Source of the DNA: Octopus vulgaris
Lineage: Eukaryota
Direction: 5' to 3'
Assembly (NCBI GenBank): GCA_951406725.2
Contig: OX597827.1
Span: 18,290,001 to 18,354,000 of the forward strand
Length of the DNA stretch: 64,000 nucleotides
Below, in pieces: positions 13,999 to 27,370 of the stretch. Each line of letters opens with the position of its first letter. Position 1 is the stretch's first letter. The translations under genes and the position numbers were made by a program. The notes beneath the pieces were generated by a model. The model made no database searches. It had not been told where the DNA came from and saw only the letters and a list, made by a program, of their open reading frames with translations.

Positions 13999-14090
13999 GT
14001 ATATGTGTGTGTGTGTTTGTGTGTGTATGTATATATATATATATATAAGTCAAGATAGAAAATGCTAAAATAATTTTATAAAAAACATTT

Positions 14091-14126
14091 CAGTACCGGT
14101 TTCAGTCATTGAGACTTTTTCAACTG
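14091..14126 (-). ncRNA. Minimal type I hammerhead ribozyme, U3-A8 variant
   Basis: Minus strand CAG-TTGAAAA-AGTC-TCAAT-GACT-GAAA-CCGG-TA-CTG: stem I CAG/CTG, stem II AGTC/GACT, palindromic stem III ACCGGT, GUA site. Confidence 0.6.
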
Positions 14127-14293
14127 TAACAATTAAATAATTAAATTTAGAAAAATTAAAAGAATATTTGTTTAGTGTTCAAATACAAGTGTCATTTTCC
14201 TTGTTTCTGCCTGTCTCTGTCTCTCTTGTTTACTCTTGAGGGTTCGAGGTCCTTGTGAATTCTTGGTAGGGAAGAAGAAGAAGAAGAAAAAAT

Positions 14294-14357
<64 letters not shown>

Positions 14358-14520
14358 CAGTATACCCGTGCCATTAGAAATGACGGCATGAAAATGATAC
14401 AGAAAATAAAATTAAAATTAAAACATTACAACCATTATCTCAGTAATTGCTTCAAAACCACGTTTCTCGTGAAAACCCTATCAGCAATGAGTTCGCCTTG
14501 TTTTGGATGGTCCGTTTCAG

Positions 14521-14674
14521 GGCGAAAGTAAAGAATACGTACAGCTGGTGTTTAGGGTTAGGGTTAGGGTTCAGAGTTAGAGTTAGGGTTAGGGTTTAGG
14601 GTTAAGATTAGAGTTAGAATTAGGATTTTTTGTTACGCCGAAAACGGGTGGTGTACGTATTCTTTACCTCCACC
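14521..14674. mobile_element. 154-bp MITE containing degenerate (TTAGGG)n
   Basis: 23-bp imperfect TIRs GGCGAAAGTAAAGAATACGTACA / TGTACGTATTCTTTACCTCCACC; 9-bp TSD CCGTTTCAG at 14512-14520 and 14675-14683. Confidence 0.85.
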
Positions 14675-15047
14675 CCGTTTCAGTAATTATTCTTCCATTC
14701 TTCCCTTCCATGTTCTCTCTCTCTTTCGATTTCTTTCCTTTGTGCTGCTTCCTCTTCCGTTTCATCTCCGTTGCTTTTGCGATGCTCCCATTCTTGGATA
14801 TTCTCTCCTCGCTGCTGCTTGCTCTTCTGTTTCAGCTTGGCGCTTTTGTACTGCTCTCTACCTCTCTCCCTTTGGATATCTCTCCTTTGTGCAATTACGT
14901 GCCCCTTTTCATTTTGACGTCTTCGAGCCTGTCTTCTTGCGTCTTGCGCTCGTCTCTCTTGTCTCACTTCTTGTGATTGATTTAATAACCTTAATGTATT
15001 AATTTTCTTGCGTCCAGGTCTTCCTGATTGAGTCCGGCTGTTTTCCG

Positions 15048-15099
<52 letters not shown>

Positions 15100-15221
15100 T
15101 GTGTGGCTAACCGTCTCTTTCTGTCTAATTCATTCTCCAAAGCAGGTGGATGAGTATATTTAATACAACGGAACACAAACTTCAAAACAAATGAGTATAT
15201 TTGTGTATATATGTATATGTA

Positions 15222-15648
15222 TACTCTCTTTACTCTCTTCTACTTGTTTCAGTCATTTGATTGCGGCCATGCTAGAGCACCACCTTTAGTCGACCAAATC
15301 GACCGCGGGACTTATTCTTTGTAAGCCTAGTACTTATTCTATCGGTCTCTCTTGACGAACCGCTAAGTGACGGGGACGTAAATACACCAGCATCGGTTGT
15401 CAAGCAATGCTAGAGGGACAAACACAGATACACAAACATATACACACATACATATACATATATATATATATATATACATATATACGACAGGCTTCTTTCA
15501 GTTTCCGTCTACCAAATCCACTCACAAGGCTTTGGTCGGCCCAAGGCTATAGTAGAAGACACTTGCCCAAAGTGCCACGCAGTGGGACTGAACCTGGAAC
15601 CATGTGGTTGGTTAGCAAGCTACTTACCACACAGCCACTCCTGCGCCT
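15222..15648 (-). mobile_element. SINE family B, full length
   Basis: Reverse complement of the family B consensus. Confidence 0.9.
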
Positions 15649-16368
15649 ATATATATATATATATTATCTATATAAATATGTATAATGTATGTATATATAT
15701 AGATATGTGTGTGGTATCTATGTATGCATGTATGTGTGTGGTATGTATGTATGCATGTATGTATGTATGTATGTATGGATGTATGCATGTATGTATGTAT
15801 GTATGTATGTATGTATGTGTGTGTATATGTATGTACACACGCATACACACAAATACATGATATATATAAACAAACATACATACATACACACATAGCAAAG
15901 TAGTAGATTCGTTACATTGTTGGATAAAATGCCGCGTGGCGTTTATTCCGATTTTCTGTTCACTTCTCTGAGTTCAAATCCCGCCGAGTTCAATTTGCCT
16001 TTCATTCATTCGGGGTCGATACTAACACCACTGTACTAGTGCAGGTGCCACAGAACCGAGTGAAAGAGTTCTGGCCTTCTCCCTTCCTGAACACCTTGAA
16101 AACTTTCACAAAATAACTATTTGCTGACCGTGTCTGGTCAGAGAGAACCGAATGAATGTCCTTGATGTTCTCGAATCCAAAAACAGAGGATTACTATGAC
16201 CTTCCTGGTGTACTTCTGCTAGAAAAAAAAACAGATACTCGGCTCATACACGTTGCAATGATAAAGTGTTTGCTGCAGTATTGTGCCACAGGTTATGATG
16301 GTCTATTGCTGTACTACGCAGCATTTTTTCACTTGCGGTACATTTATTTTCTTTTCAAAAATATATAT

Positions 16369-16797
<429 letters not shown>

Positions 16798-16978
16798 TAT
16801 AGGGGAAACAATCATATTCAGGTTACATTGCGGCACACCTAGCATCGTTTCGTGTCACACCAGTGTGCCGCGGCACACTGATCTAGTATAATCCATAATA
16901 GTTTGATACTAGTTACATTTATTCTTATTAGTACTTTTTTCGCTCTCTGTCTGTGTGTATGTGTGTGTATGTATATAT

Positions 16979-17198
16979 GACTTGACTTGACAGCATTCAC
17001 CCGGGGTGGGTTGAGCTGGCTTCACTCATCCTCAATGCTGCATCTCTCACAGACGCCGACCAGGCCTGGCGATTTGAGGCTAACGACCGCGTGATCTCCA
17101 ACCACTCCTTATTCCAGCGGCGAACGCCGTAGATATGGGGGCCTAGGTTGGGTTCCAGATCAGCCTTGACTGTAATCAGCCAGGTTTTTCGTTGTCCG
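16979..17198 (-). mobile_element. RTE-like LINE 3' end
   Basis: Translates to GQRKTWLITVKADLEPNLGPHIYGVRRWNKEWLEITRSLASNRQAWSASVRDA; short tandem tail; second copy at 29498. Confidence 0.8.
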
Positions 17199-17224
17199 TA
17201 TATTCAAATATTCCTCATGCATGT

Positions 17225-17440
17225 ATAACGGGAAGCTTTATGAAAATAAACAGAAGACGAAGGCAGGTGGAATACAAACAAACAATTGTATTAGTATGGC
17301 GCTCAGGAATATAAATAAAACAAGTCTTTTACGTTTCGAGGATACGCTCTTCAACAGAAAGATACACAGAAAAGAAACAAGGAGAGAAACAAGGAGAGAA
17401 AAAAAAATGAGTGCAGAAGCTAGCGAATCAACATGGCGTA
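17225..17440 (-). mobile_element. Short hammerhead-like repeat, copy 3
   Basis: Reverse complement of the 7440 family; motif at 17325-17362 with a GUA site. Confidence 0.7.
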
Positions 17441-17534
17441 TATGTATATGTATGTATATATGTGTACATATATGCTGTATATATATATGTTGTGACTCTG
17501 GGTCAGCTGTTTCTACCATCCTCAATGCTTGTTC

Positions 17535-18040
17535 TTGCCAGAGAACTCATTTTCTGTCCTGAGTCATATGTAATGATTAGCCTTCTCAGCAGCTTCTGAC
17601 AATTCTCTGATATCTTTTGTCTCCTTCATAACTAGTCTAAGACTCATGAACATAGAGCGAACCCTAGTTCCAACAAATCCTCGAACAACTATCTCTACAG
17701 GAGAGTATAATAAATGTATACGTCTGTGAGATACAGGGGGAGAAAGAGCGTGTGTGTCCCGAGATTGCATCCATATATCGGCATAGGAAGAAACTAGTAA
17801 AGTCCTTCTTGTAAATCGATTTGGAGTCGTCAAACATCAAACTTGAACCATCAAATTAGTTTTTAAGATGTCATCTAATATTTTCAAAGCAATTCGATCG
17901 TTGCTCAGTTCACTGTCCCCTGCACCTTGCCCTCCATCGGTCGATCGTAAACAAATACATTTGGTTTCAGTTACGCTGAAACACTTGGCTAAAGATATCT
18001 CAGGTTTCCTCTGGTTGAAGTGAGTGCAACAAGCTAGGTG
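17535..18040 (-). mobile_element. Decayed RLE-type non-LTR retrotransposon C-terminus (Hero-like)
   Basis: PVEIVVRGFVGTRVRSMFMSL...LSEAAEKANHYI*LR resembles the Hero motif PVEVGxRGFV...AExASxWxWLxR. Confidence 0.6.
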
Positions 18041-18130
18041 GTGGGAGATGACTTTACTTTGATGTAGTAGTAGTAGTAGATTGACGGGTACTGGTTCACA
18101 CATACATACGCTGGGTAGAGTATACGGGAT

Positions 18131-18138
18131 GGATAGAT

Positions 18139-18194
<56 letters not shown>

Positions 18195-18218
18195 TAGACA
18201 GATAGATAGATAGATGGC

Positions 18219-18316
<98 letters not shown>

Positions 18317-18327
18317 GCCAGATAGAG

Positions 18328-18385
<58 letters not shown>

Positions 18386-18395
18386 CCAGATAGAG

Positions 18396-18445
<50 letters not shown>

Positions 18446-18459
18446 ATAGATAGACAGAC

Positions 18460-18502
<43 letters not shown>

Positions 18503-18511
18503 AAGACAGAA

Positions 18512-18556
<45 letters not shown>

Positions 18557-18557
18557 G
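18131..18557. repeat. (GATA)n/(GACA)n tetranucleotide block
   Basis: Directly visible. Confidence 0.95.
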
Positions 18558-18684
18558 GGATATATGTTGTTAAGCAGATATAATCAACAATAAGCAACAA
18601 AAGCAACGAGGAATGTAAAACAATATCACCAAAAAAACATTAAAACAAAAGAAAAAACAAATTAACAATGAGAAAGAAGACAAA

Positions 18685-21600
18685 GGTGGTGGTGGTGGTG
18701 GTGGTGGTGGTGGTGGTGGTGGTGGTGGTGGTGGTGGTGGTTGTGGTGGTGGTGGTGGTGGTGGTGGTGGTGGTGGTGGTGGTGGTGGTGGTGGTGGTGG
18801 TGGTTGTGGTGGTGGTGGTGGTGGTGGTGGTTGTGGTGGTTGTGGTGGTGGTGGTTGTGGTGGTGGTGGTGGTGGTGGTGGTGGTGGTGGTGGTTGTGGT
18901 GGTGGTTGTGGTGGTGGTGGTTGTGGTGGTGGTGGTGGTGGTGGTGGTGGTGGTGGTGGTGGTGGTGGTGGTGGTGGTGGTGGTGGTTGTGGTGGTGGTG
19001 GTTGTGGTGGTGGTGGTGGTTGTGGTGGTGGTGGTGGTGGTGGTTGTGGTGGTGGTGGTGGTGGTGGTGGTGGGTGGTTGTGGTGGTTGTGGTGGTTGTG
19101 GTGGTGGTGGTTGTGGTGGTGGTGGTGGTGGTGGTGGTGGTGGTGGTTGTGGTGGTGGTGGTTGTGGTGGTGGTGGTGGTGGTGGTGGTGGTGGTGGTTG
19201 TGGTGGTGGTTGTGGTGGTGGTGGTTGTGGTGGTGGTGGTGGTGGTGGTGGTGGTGGTGGTGGTGGTGGTTGTGGTGGTGGTGGTGGTGGTGGTGGTGGT
19301 GGTTGTGGTGGTGGTGGTGGTGGTGGTGGTGGTGGTGGTTGTGGTGGTGGTGGTGGTGGTGGTTGTGGTGGTTGTGGTGGTGGTGGTTGTGGTGGTGGTG
19401 GTGGTGGTGGTGGTGGTGGTGGTTGTGGTGGTGGTGGTGGTGGTGGTGGTGGTGGTGGTGGTGGTGGTGGTGGTGGTGGTGGTTGTGGTGGTGGTGGTGG
19501 TGGTGGTGGTGGTGGTGGTGGTGGTGGTGGTGGTGGTGGTGGTGGTGGTGGTGGTGGTGGTGGTGGTGGTGGTGGTTGTGGTGGTTGTGGTGGTTGTGGT
19601 GGTGGTGGTTGTGGTGGTTGTGGTGGTTGTGGTGGTGGTGGTGGTGGTGGTGGTGGTGGTGGTGGTGGTGGTGGTGGTTGTGGTGGTGGTGGTTGTGGTG
19701 GTTGTGGTGGTTGTGGTGGTGGTGGTTGTGGTGGTTGTGGTGGTTGTGGTGGTGGTGGTTGTGGTGGTGGTGGTGGTGGTGGTGGTGGTGGTTGTGGTGG
19801 TGGTGGTTGTGGTGGTGGTGGTGGTGGTGGTGGTGGTGGTGGTTGTGGTGGTGGTTGTGGTGGTGGTGGTTGTGGTGGTGGTGGTGGTGGTGGTGGTGGT
19901 GGTGGTTGTGGTGGTGGTGGTTGTGGTGGTGGTGGTGGTGGTGGTGGTGGTGGTGGTTGTGGTGGTGGTTGTGGTGGTGGTGGTTGTGGTGGTGGTGGTG
20001 GTGGTGGTGGTGGTGGTGGTGGTTGTGGTGGTGGTTGTGGTGGTGGTGGTTGTGGTGGTGGTGGTGGTGGTGGTGGTGGTGGTGGTGGTGGTTGTGGTGG
20101 TGGTTGTGGTGGTGGTGGTGGTGGTGGTGGTGGTTGTGGTGGTGGTGGTGGTGGTGGTGGTGGTGGTGGTGGTGGTGGTGGTGGTGGTGGTGGTGGTGGT
20201 GGTGGTGGTGGTTGGTGGTGGTGGTGGTGGTGGTGGTGGTGGTGGTGGTGGTGGTTGTGGTGGTGGTTGTGGTGGTGGTGGTGGTGGTGGTGGTGGTGGT
20301 GGTGGTGGTGGTGGTGGGTGGTGGTGGTGGTGGTGGTGGTGGTGGTGGTGGTGGTGGTGGTGGTGGTGGTGGTTGTGTTGTTGTGGTTGTGGTGGTGGTG
20401 GTTGTGGTTGTGGTTGTGGTGGTGGTGGTGGTGGTGGTGGTGGTGGTGGTGGTGGTGGTGGTTGTGGTTGTGGTGGTGGTGGTTTGGTGGTGGTGGTGGT
20501 GGTGGTGGTGGTGGTGGTGGGTGGTGGTGGTGGTGGTGGTGGTGGTGGTTGTGGTGGTTGTGTGGTGGTGGTGGTTGTGGTGGTGGTGGTGGTGGTGGTG
20601 GTGGTGGTGGTGGTGGTGGTGGTTGTGGTGGTGGTGGTGGTGGTTGTGGTGGTTGTGGTGGTGGTGGTGGTGGTGGTGGTGGTGGTGGTGGTGGTGGTGG
20701 TGGTTGTGGTGGTGGTGGTGGTGGTGGTGGTGGTGGTGGTGGTGGTGGTGGTGGTTGTGGTGGTGGTTGTGGTGGTGGTGGTTGTGGTGGTGGTGGTGGT
20801 GGTGGTGGTGGTGGTGGTGGTTGTGGTGGTGGTTGTGGTGGTGGTGGTGGTGGTGGTGGTGGTGGTGGTTGTGGTGGTGGTGGTGGTGGTGGTGGTGGTG
20901 GTGGTGGTGGTGGTTGTGGTTGTGGTGGTGGTGGTGGTGGTTGTGGTTGTGGTTGTGGTGGTGGTGGTTGTGGTGGTTGTGGTGGTGGTGGTGGTGGTGG
21001 TGGTGGTGGTGGTGGTGGTGGTGGTGGTTGTGGTTGTGGTGGTGGTGGTTGTGGTGGTGGTGGTGGTGGTGGTGGTGGTGGTGGTGGTGGTGGTGGTGGT
21101 GGTGGTGGTAGTGGTGGTTGTGGTGGTTGTGGTGGTGGTGGTGGTGGTGGTGGTGGTGGTGGTGGTGGTGGTGGTGGTGGTGGTGGTGGTTGTGGTGGTG
21201 GTGGTGGTGGTTGTGGTGGTTGTGGTGGTGGTGGTTGTGGTGTGGTGGTGGTGGTGGTGGTGGTGGTGGTGGTGGTGGTGGTGGTGGTGGTGGTGGTGGT
21301 GGTGGTAGTGGTGGTTGTGGTGGTTGTGGTGGTGGTGGTGGTGGTGGTGGTGGTGGTGGTGGTGGTGGTGGTGGTGGTGGTGGTGGTGGTTGTGGTGGTG
21401 GTGGTGGTGGTGGTGGTGGTGGTGGTGGTGGTGGTGGTGGTGGTGGTGGTGGTTGTGGTGGTGGTGGTGGTGGTGGTGGTGGTGGTGGTGGTGGTGGTGG
21501 TGGTGGTTGTGGTGGTGGTGGTGGTGGTGGTGGTGGTGGTGGTGGTGGTGGTGGTGGTGGTGGTAGTGGTGGTTGTGGTGGTGGTGGTGGTGGTGGTGGT

Positions 21601-23438
21601 GGTTGTGGTGGTGGTGGTGGTGGTGGTGGTGGTTGTGGTGGTGGTTGTGGTGGTGGTGGTTGTGGTGGTGGTGGTTGTGGTTGTGGTGGTGGTGGTTGTG
21701 GTGGTGGTGGTGGTGGTGGTGGTGGTGGTGGTGGTGGTTGTGGTGGTGGTGGTTGTGGTGGTTGTGGTGGTGGTGGTGGTGGTGGTGGTTGTGGTGGTGG
21801 TGGTGGTGGTGGTGGTGGTGGTGGTGGTGGTGGTGGTGGTGGTGGTGGTGGTGGTGGTTGTGGTTGTGGTGGTGGTGGTGGTGGTGGTGGTTGTGGTGGT
21901 GGTTGTGGTGGTGGTGGTGGTGGTGGTGGTGGTGGTGGTGGTGGTGGTGGTGGTGGTGGTGGTGGTGTGGTGGTGGTTGTGGTGGTGGTGGTGGTGGTGG
22001 TGGTGGTGGTGGTGGTGGTGGTGGTGGTGGTGGTGGTGGTGGTGGTGGTGGTGGTAGTGGTGGTGGTGGTGGTGGTTGTGGTGGTGGTGGGTGGTGGTGG
22101 TGGTGGTGGTGTGGTGGTTGTGGTGGTGGTGGTGGTGGTGGTGGTGGTGGTGGTGGTGGTGGTGGTGGTAGTGGTGGTGGTGGTGGTGGTTGTGGTGGTT
22201 GTGGTGGTGGTGGTGGTGGTGGTGGTTGTGGTGGTGGTGGTGGTGGTGGTTGTGGTGGTGGTGGTTGTGGTGTGGTGGTGGTGGTGGTGGTGGTGGTGGT
22301 GGTGGTGGTGGTGGTGGTGGTGGTTGTGGTGGTGGTGGTTGTGGTGGTGGTGGTGGTTGTGGTGGTGGTTGTGGTGGTGGTGGTTGTGGTGGTGGTGGTG
22401 GTGGTGGTGGTGGTGGTGGTGGTGGTTGTGGTGGTGGTTGTGGTGGTGGTGGTTGTGGTGGTGGTGGTGGTTGTGGTGGTGGTGGTGGTGGTGGTGGTTG
22501 TGGTGGTGGTTGTGGTGGTGGTGGTGGTGGTGGTGGTGGTGGTGGTGGTGGTGGTGGTGGTTGTGGTGGTGGTGGTTGTGGTGGTGGTGGTGGTGGTGGT
22601 GGTTGTGGTGGTGGTGGTGGTGGTGGTGGTGGTGGTGGTGGTGGTGGTGGTGGTTGTGGTGGTGGTGGTGGTGGTGGTTGTGGTGGTGGTGGTTGTGGTG
22701 GTGGTGGTGGTGGTGGTGGTGGTGGTTGTGGTGGTGGTGGTTGTGGTGGTGGTGGTGGTGGTGGTGGTGGTGGTGGTAGTGGTGGTGGTGGTGGTGGTTG
22801 TGGTGGTGGTGGTGGTGGTGGTGGTGGTGTGGTGGTGGTGGTGGTTGTGGTGGTGGTGGTGGTGGTGGTGGTTGTGGTGGTGGTGGTGGTGGTGGTGGTG
22901 GTGGTGGTGGTTGTGGTGGTGGTGGTGGTGGTGGTTGTGGTGGTGGTGGTTGTGGTGGTGGTGGTGGTGGTGGTGGTTGTGGTGGTGGTGGTGGTGGTGG
23001 TTGTGGTGGTGGTGGTGGTGGTGGTTGTGGTGGTGGTGGTGGTGGTGGTTGTGGTGGTGGTGGTTGTGGTGGTGGTGGTGGTGGTGGTGGTTGTGGTGGT
23101 GGTGGTGGTGGTGGTGGTGGTGGTGGTGGTGGTGGTGGTGGTAGTGGTGGTGGTGGTGGTGGTTGTGGTGGTGGTGGTGGTGGTGGTGGTGGTGGTGGTG
23201 GTGGTGGTGGTGGTGGTGGTGGTGGTGGTGGTGGTTGTGGTGGTGGTTGTGGTGGTGGTGGTGGTGGTGGTGGTTGTGGTGGTGGTGGTGGTGGTGGTGG
23301 TGGTGGTGGTGGTGGTGGTGGTGGTGGTGGTGGTGGTGGTTGTGGTGGTGGTGGTGGTGGTGGTGGTGGTGTGGTGGTGGTGGTGGTGGTGGTTGTGGTG
23401 GTGGTGGTTGTGGTGGTGGTGGTGGTGGTGGTGGTGGT
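18685..23438. repeat. ~4.75 kb (GGT)n trinucleotide array with TGT and rare AGT variant units
   Basis: Directly visible; occasional 1-nt phase slips. Confidence 0.97.
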
Positions 23439-23652
23439 TTTTGGTATAAATGGTAGAGCAGAGGATCGAAATACTTCAGCAATACCGACCTCTTTACTTT
23501 GAGAAAGAGAAAGGGAGAGAGAAAGAGAGAAATGGGGTAGGAGGAAGGGAGGCAAGGAGAGAGAGAAGGAGAGAGAGAGAGAGAGACATCGCGAGGTGGG
23601 AAGGAGAGTAAAAAGAAGAGAGAACATGAAAGAAACGAGAGAGGAGAGAAAA

Positions 23653-23696
<44 letters not shown>

Positions 23697-23752
23697 GAAA
23701 GAGGGAAATGTATCTAGGGTGGATGGGGAGGGTCACTTCTGAAGGTAGTGAG

Positions 23753-23786
<34 letters not shown>

Positions 23787-24145
23787 ACAGAGACAGAGAT
23801 GGAGGAGGGAGAGAGAGAGAGTGCGGGGTGATGGTGGTAAGAGGTGGTGGTAAGAGTGATGGTGGTAAGAGATGGTGGTAAGGTGGTAAGAGGGAGAAAA
23901 AGAAGGACAGAGAGGTGGGAATATTAAGTTGACCTCAGTGCTTGACTCGTATTTATTTCAACGACCCTTGAAGGACGAAATGCAATGTTACTATTTGTAT
24001 TCTGTTCTAAAGAAGAGCACATCAGATAAAAAATGCTGAACGACATTTCATCCGTTTTTACGTTCTGAGTTCAAATTCCGCTCGAGGTCGACTTTGCTTT
24101 CCATCCTTTCGGAGTCGATAACTATGACCCAGTAATTATGTACTG

Positions 24146-24532
24146 GGATCTTTTCGGTTTGAACGGCAGTTTTTTATAATAATTTCAACGTAACTAAACA
24201 CTTTTAAACTTCGTATACTGGTAGAATGTGTTTATAAAACATCTTTTTCTCTTGGCTTTATTGAGAAAATTCTATAGTTTGTAAGATATTTGTTGTTTTT
24301 TTTCTTCAATTTCTGCAATTTCAACCAATTACTGACGTCTATTGAGGCTACAAACATTCTGTGCCGTATGAATATGTCCCTCGTTTAAGAAACAGATTGG
24401 GTTTATTTACATTTGTGAAGACAAAAAGATACCCTTCCCCCCATCCCTAACCCTAAAAGAGATTGAAGTGCAATAGATCGATTCTAGGGTCATAATTATG
24501 GGTGACAATTTCATATGACACCGCTAGAAAAA
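24146..24532 (+). mobile_element. GGATC-terminal telomeric-repeat MITE, right TIR lost
   Basis: Left TIR GGATCTTTTCGGTTTGAACGGCAG and internal CCCTAACCCTAA; directly follows a family C SINE fragment (~24050-24145). Confidence 0.8.
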
Positions 24533-24537
24533 CACAC

Positions 24538-24598
<61 letters not shown>

Positions 24599-24703
24599 TA
24601 CATTCACATGAATATGGCACTTAAGTTAAAGACACCGAAATTTAGTATGGTATTATCCATATAATTCAAAATGGGTTGATTATTTTGATTATATATATGT
24701 GTA

Positions 24704-24761
<58 letters not shown>

Positions 24762-24764
<3 letters not shown>

Positions 24765-24939
24765 GCCATGATAGATCGCTACCCACTACACATATTTTTT
24801 CTCTCCTTGTTTCTTTCTGTGGAAGAGCGTAGGCTCGAAACGTTAAAGACTTTTTCATTTCCCGAGCGTTATACTAATATATCTGTTTGTTTTCTACACC
24901 ACCTGTCTTCGTATTTTGTTGGGTTTTTTTGTGAATTCT

Positions 24940-24943
<4 letters not shown>
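24762..24943 (+). mobile_element. Short hammerhead-like repeat, copy 4
   Basis: Motif at 24812-24849; (TA)n on both sides. Confidence 0.7.
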
Positions 24944-24985
<42 letters not shown>

Positions 24986-25055
24986 ATAAATAAATAAAAT
25001 ATATGCATATATACATACATATATGTACATACTTACATCTACATGTATATATACA

Positions 25056-25105
<50 letters not shown>

Positions 25106-25218
25106 TACAGGTTTGTCCTGTACTCTGTTTTTTCGTTGTTTAAAAAAAATCCGTTTCCTTGTTTGATTTTATGTTCTCGTCTCTCGTTGTGTTCTACGTT
25201 TATTTGTAGTGTCCTGTA

Positions 25219-25255
<37 letters not shown>

Positions 25256-25382
25256 GCCTGTATATATACATGTAGATGTAAGTATGTACATATATGTATG
25301 TATATATGCATATATTTTATTTATTTATTATATTACTATATGACCGAACGCACGCGTTATTTCTCTTCTCCAAGTTTATATA

Positions 25383-25646
<264 letters not shown>

Positions 25647-25817
25647 ATGTATATCCTTAAAGAGAATCTGGTTGACCTTCAGCCCTAGTCAGTCACACCT
25701 ATCTGTGATCAAAGGCGTTTCAACTGTGATTCTTCCATTTTACTTTTTAAATAATGAATTCCAAGTTACGCATCCAATGTGCTTTTCATTTTTTATTTTA
25801 TTTATTATTTCCTTCCT

Positions 25818-25865
<48 letters not shown>

Positions 25866-25992
25866 TCCTTTTTTTTTAAGACAGGATAGCAAAGTAATGC
25901 TTCAAAAGGATTTGGCTGCTATTTCAAAAAAAAAAGTCAAACGACCACGTAGAGGAAGGAATCCCATGAGCTGTAAGGAGGTTATTGTTGTG

Positions 25993-26273
25993 GATGATGA
26001 TGATGATGATGATGATGATAATGACGATGATGATGATGATGATGATGATGGGGATGATGACGATGATGATGATGATGACGATGATGACGGTGATGACGAC
26101 GACGACGACGACGACGATGATGATGATGATGATGATGACGACAATGATGACGACGACGACAACGACGACGACAACGACGACGACGACGATGATGATGATG
26201 ATGATGATGATAATGGTGATGATGGTGATGGTGATGATGATGATGATGATGACGACGACGACGATGATGATGA
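25993..26273. repeat. (GAT/GAC)n trinucleotide tract
   Basis: Directly visible. Confidence 0.95.
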
Positions 26274-26983
26274 TTAACTTCGCATCAATACTGAATGGTC
26301 AGAACCTATGACTCACCGACATTCCAGTCGTAAACATACGTCCTTTGGGGTGTTTTTGTTTTGTTTTGTTGGGTGGGGGCGGTTCGCGACATTGAGACAT
26401 TTGTTGTTGTTTTTTTGTTGTTTTTTCTGGGGGTTTTTGTTTTTTGTTTTTGTTTTTGTTATTTTTTTTTTCTTTTTCGGGAAGGGATGGTTTGCAGCGA
26501 CATTGTGACATTAAGACCCAAAGACTCCGGCCGGACCCTTTGCAAATATTAATGGAAGAAGTGTTGCTAGAACGGGAACAACAACAAAAACTACAACAAC
26601 GGTGATGAAAATAACGGCGGTGGCGGACGCTCGAAGCAACAGCTAAGTTTCCCTCAAATCACATCGTCGTCTTAGAAACGGGTACTTTTGGAAATTGCGA
26701 CTCTGGGTTGTTACTCATAGGAAAATGGCGGGATGGTCCAGGTAAGAATGTCTGTGACCATATGTCCGTCAGATTCATGGCAGACTTGAAACTAAGCAAC
26801 AACAGCAAAATCACAACCACCGACAACAACAACATAAACAACAGCATCAGTAACAACAGCAGCAGCAGCCTCAAGGAGGATGCTTTTACGTGGTTATTGG
26901 TCCTGCTAGAAATACCAACTAAATCTTCCCCCAAATCAGAACCTACCGTTTTAAAGTAAAAGAAGAGAAAAAGACGAAATAGA

Positions 26984-27370
26984 TATATTTCTTTTATTAC
27001 CCACAAGGGGCTAAACATAGAGGGGGCAAACGAGGACAGTCAGAGGGATTAAATCGATTACATCGACCCCAGTGCGTTACTGGTACTTAATTTATCGACC
27101 CCGAAAGGATGAAAGGCAAAGTCGACCTCGGCGGAATTTGAACTCAGAAGGTAAGGGCAGACGAAATACCTATTTCTTTACTACCCACAAGGGGCTAAAC
27201 ACAGAGGGGACAAACAAGGACAGACAAAGGGATTAAATCGATTACATCGATCCCAGTGCGTTACTGGTACTTAATTTATCGACCCCGAAAGGATGAAAGG
27301 CAAAGTCGACCTCGGCGGAATTTGAACTCAGAACGTAGCGGCAGACGAAATACCGCTAAGCATTTCGCCC
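26984..27370 (-). mobile_element. SINE family C, tandem dimer
   Basis: Two consecutive ~185-bp units joined at GACGAAATAC|CTATTTC. Confidence 0.88.

Noticed and set aside
18570-23627. Very long ORFs (up to 1685 aa) of poly-P/H/T/V/G/W
   Set aside because: They are translations of the stop-free (GGT)n array and are open in most frames on both strands.
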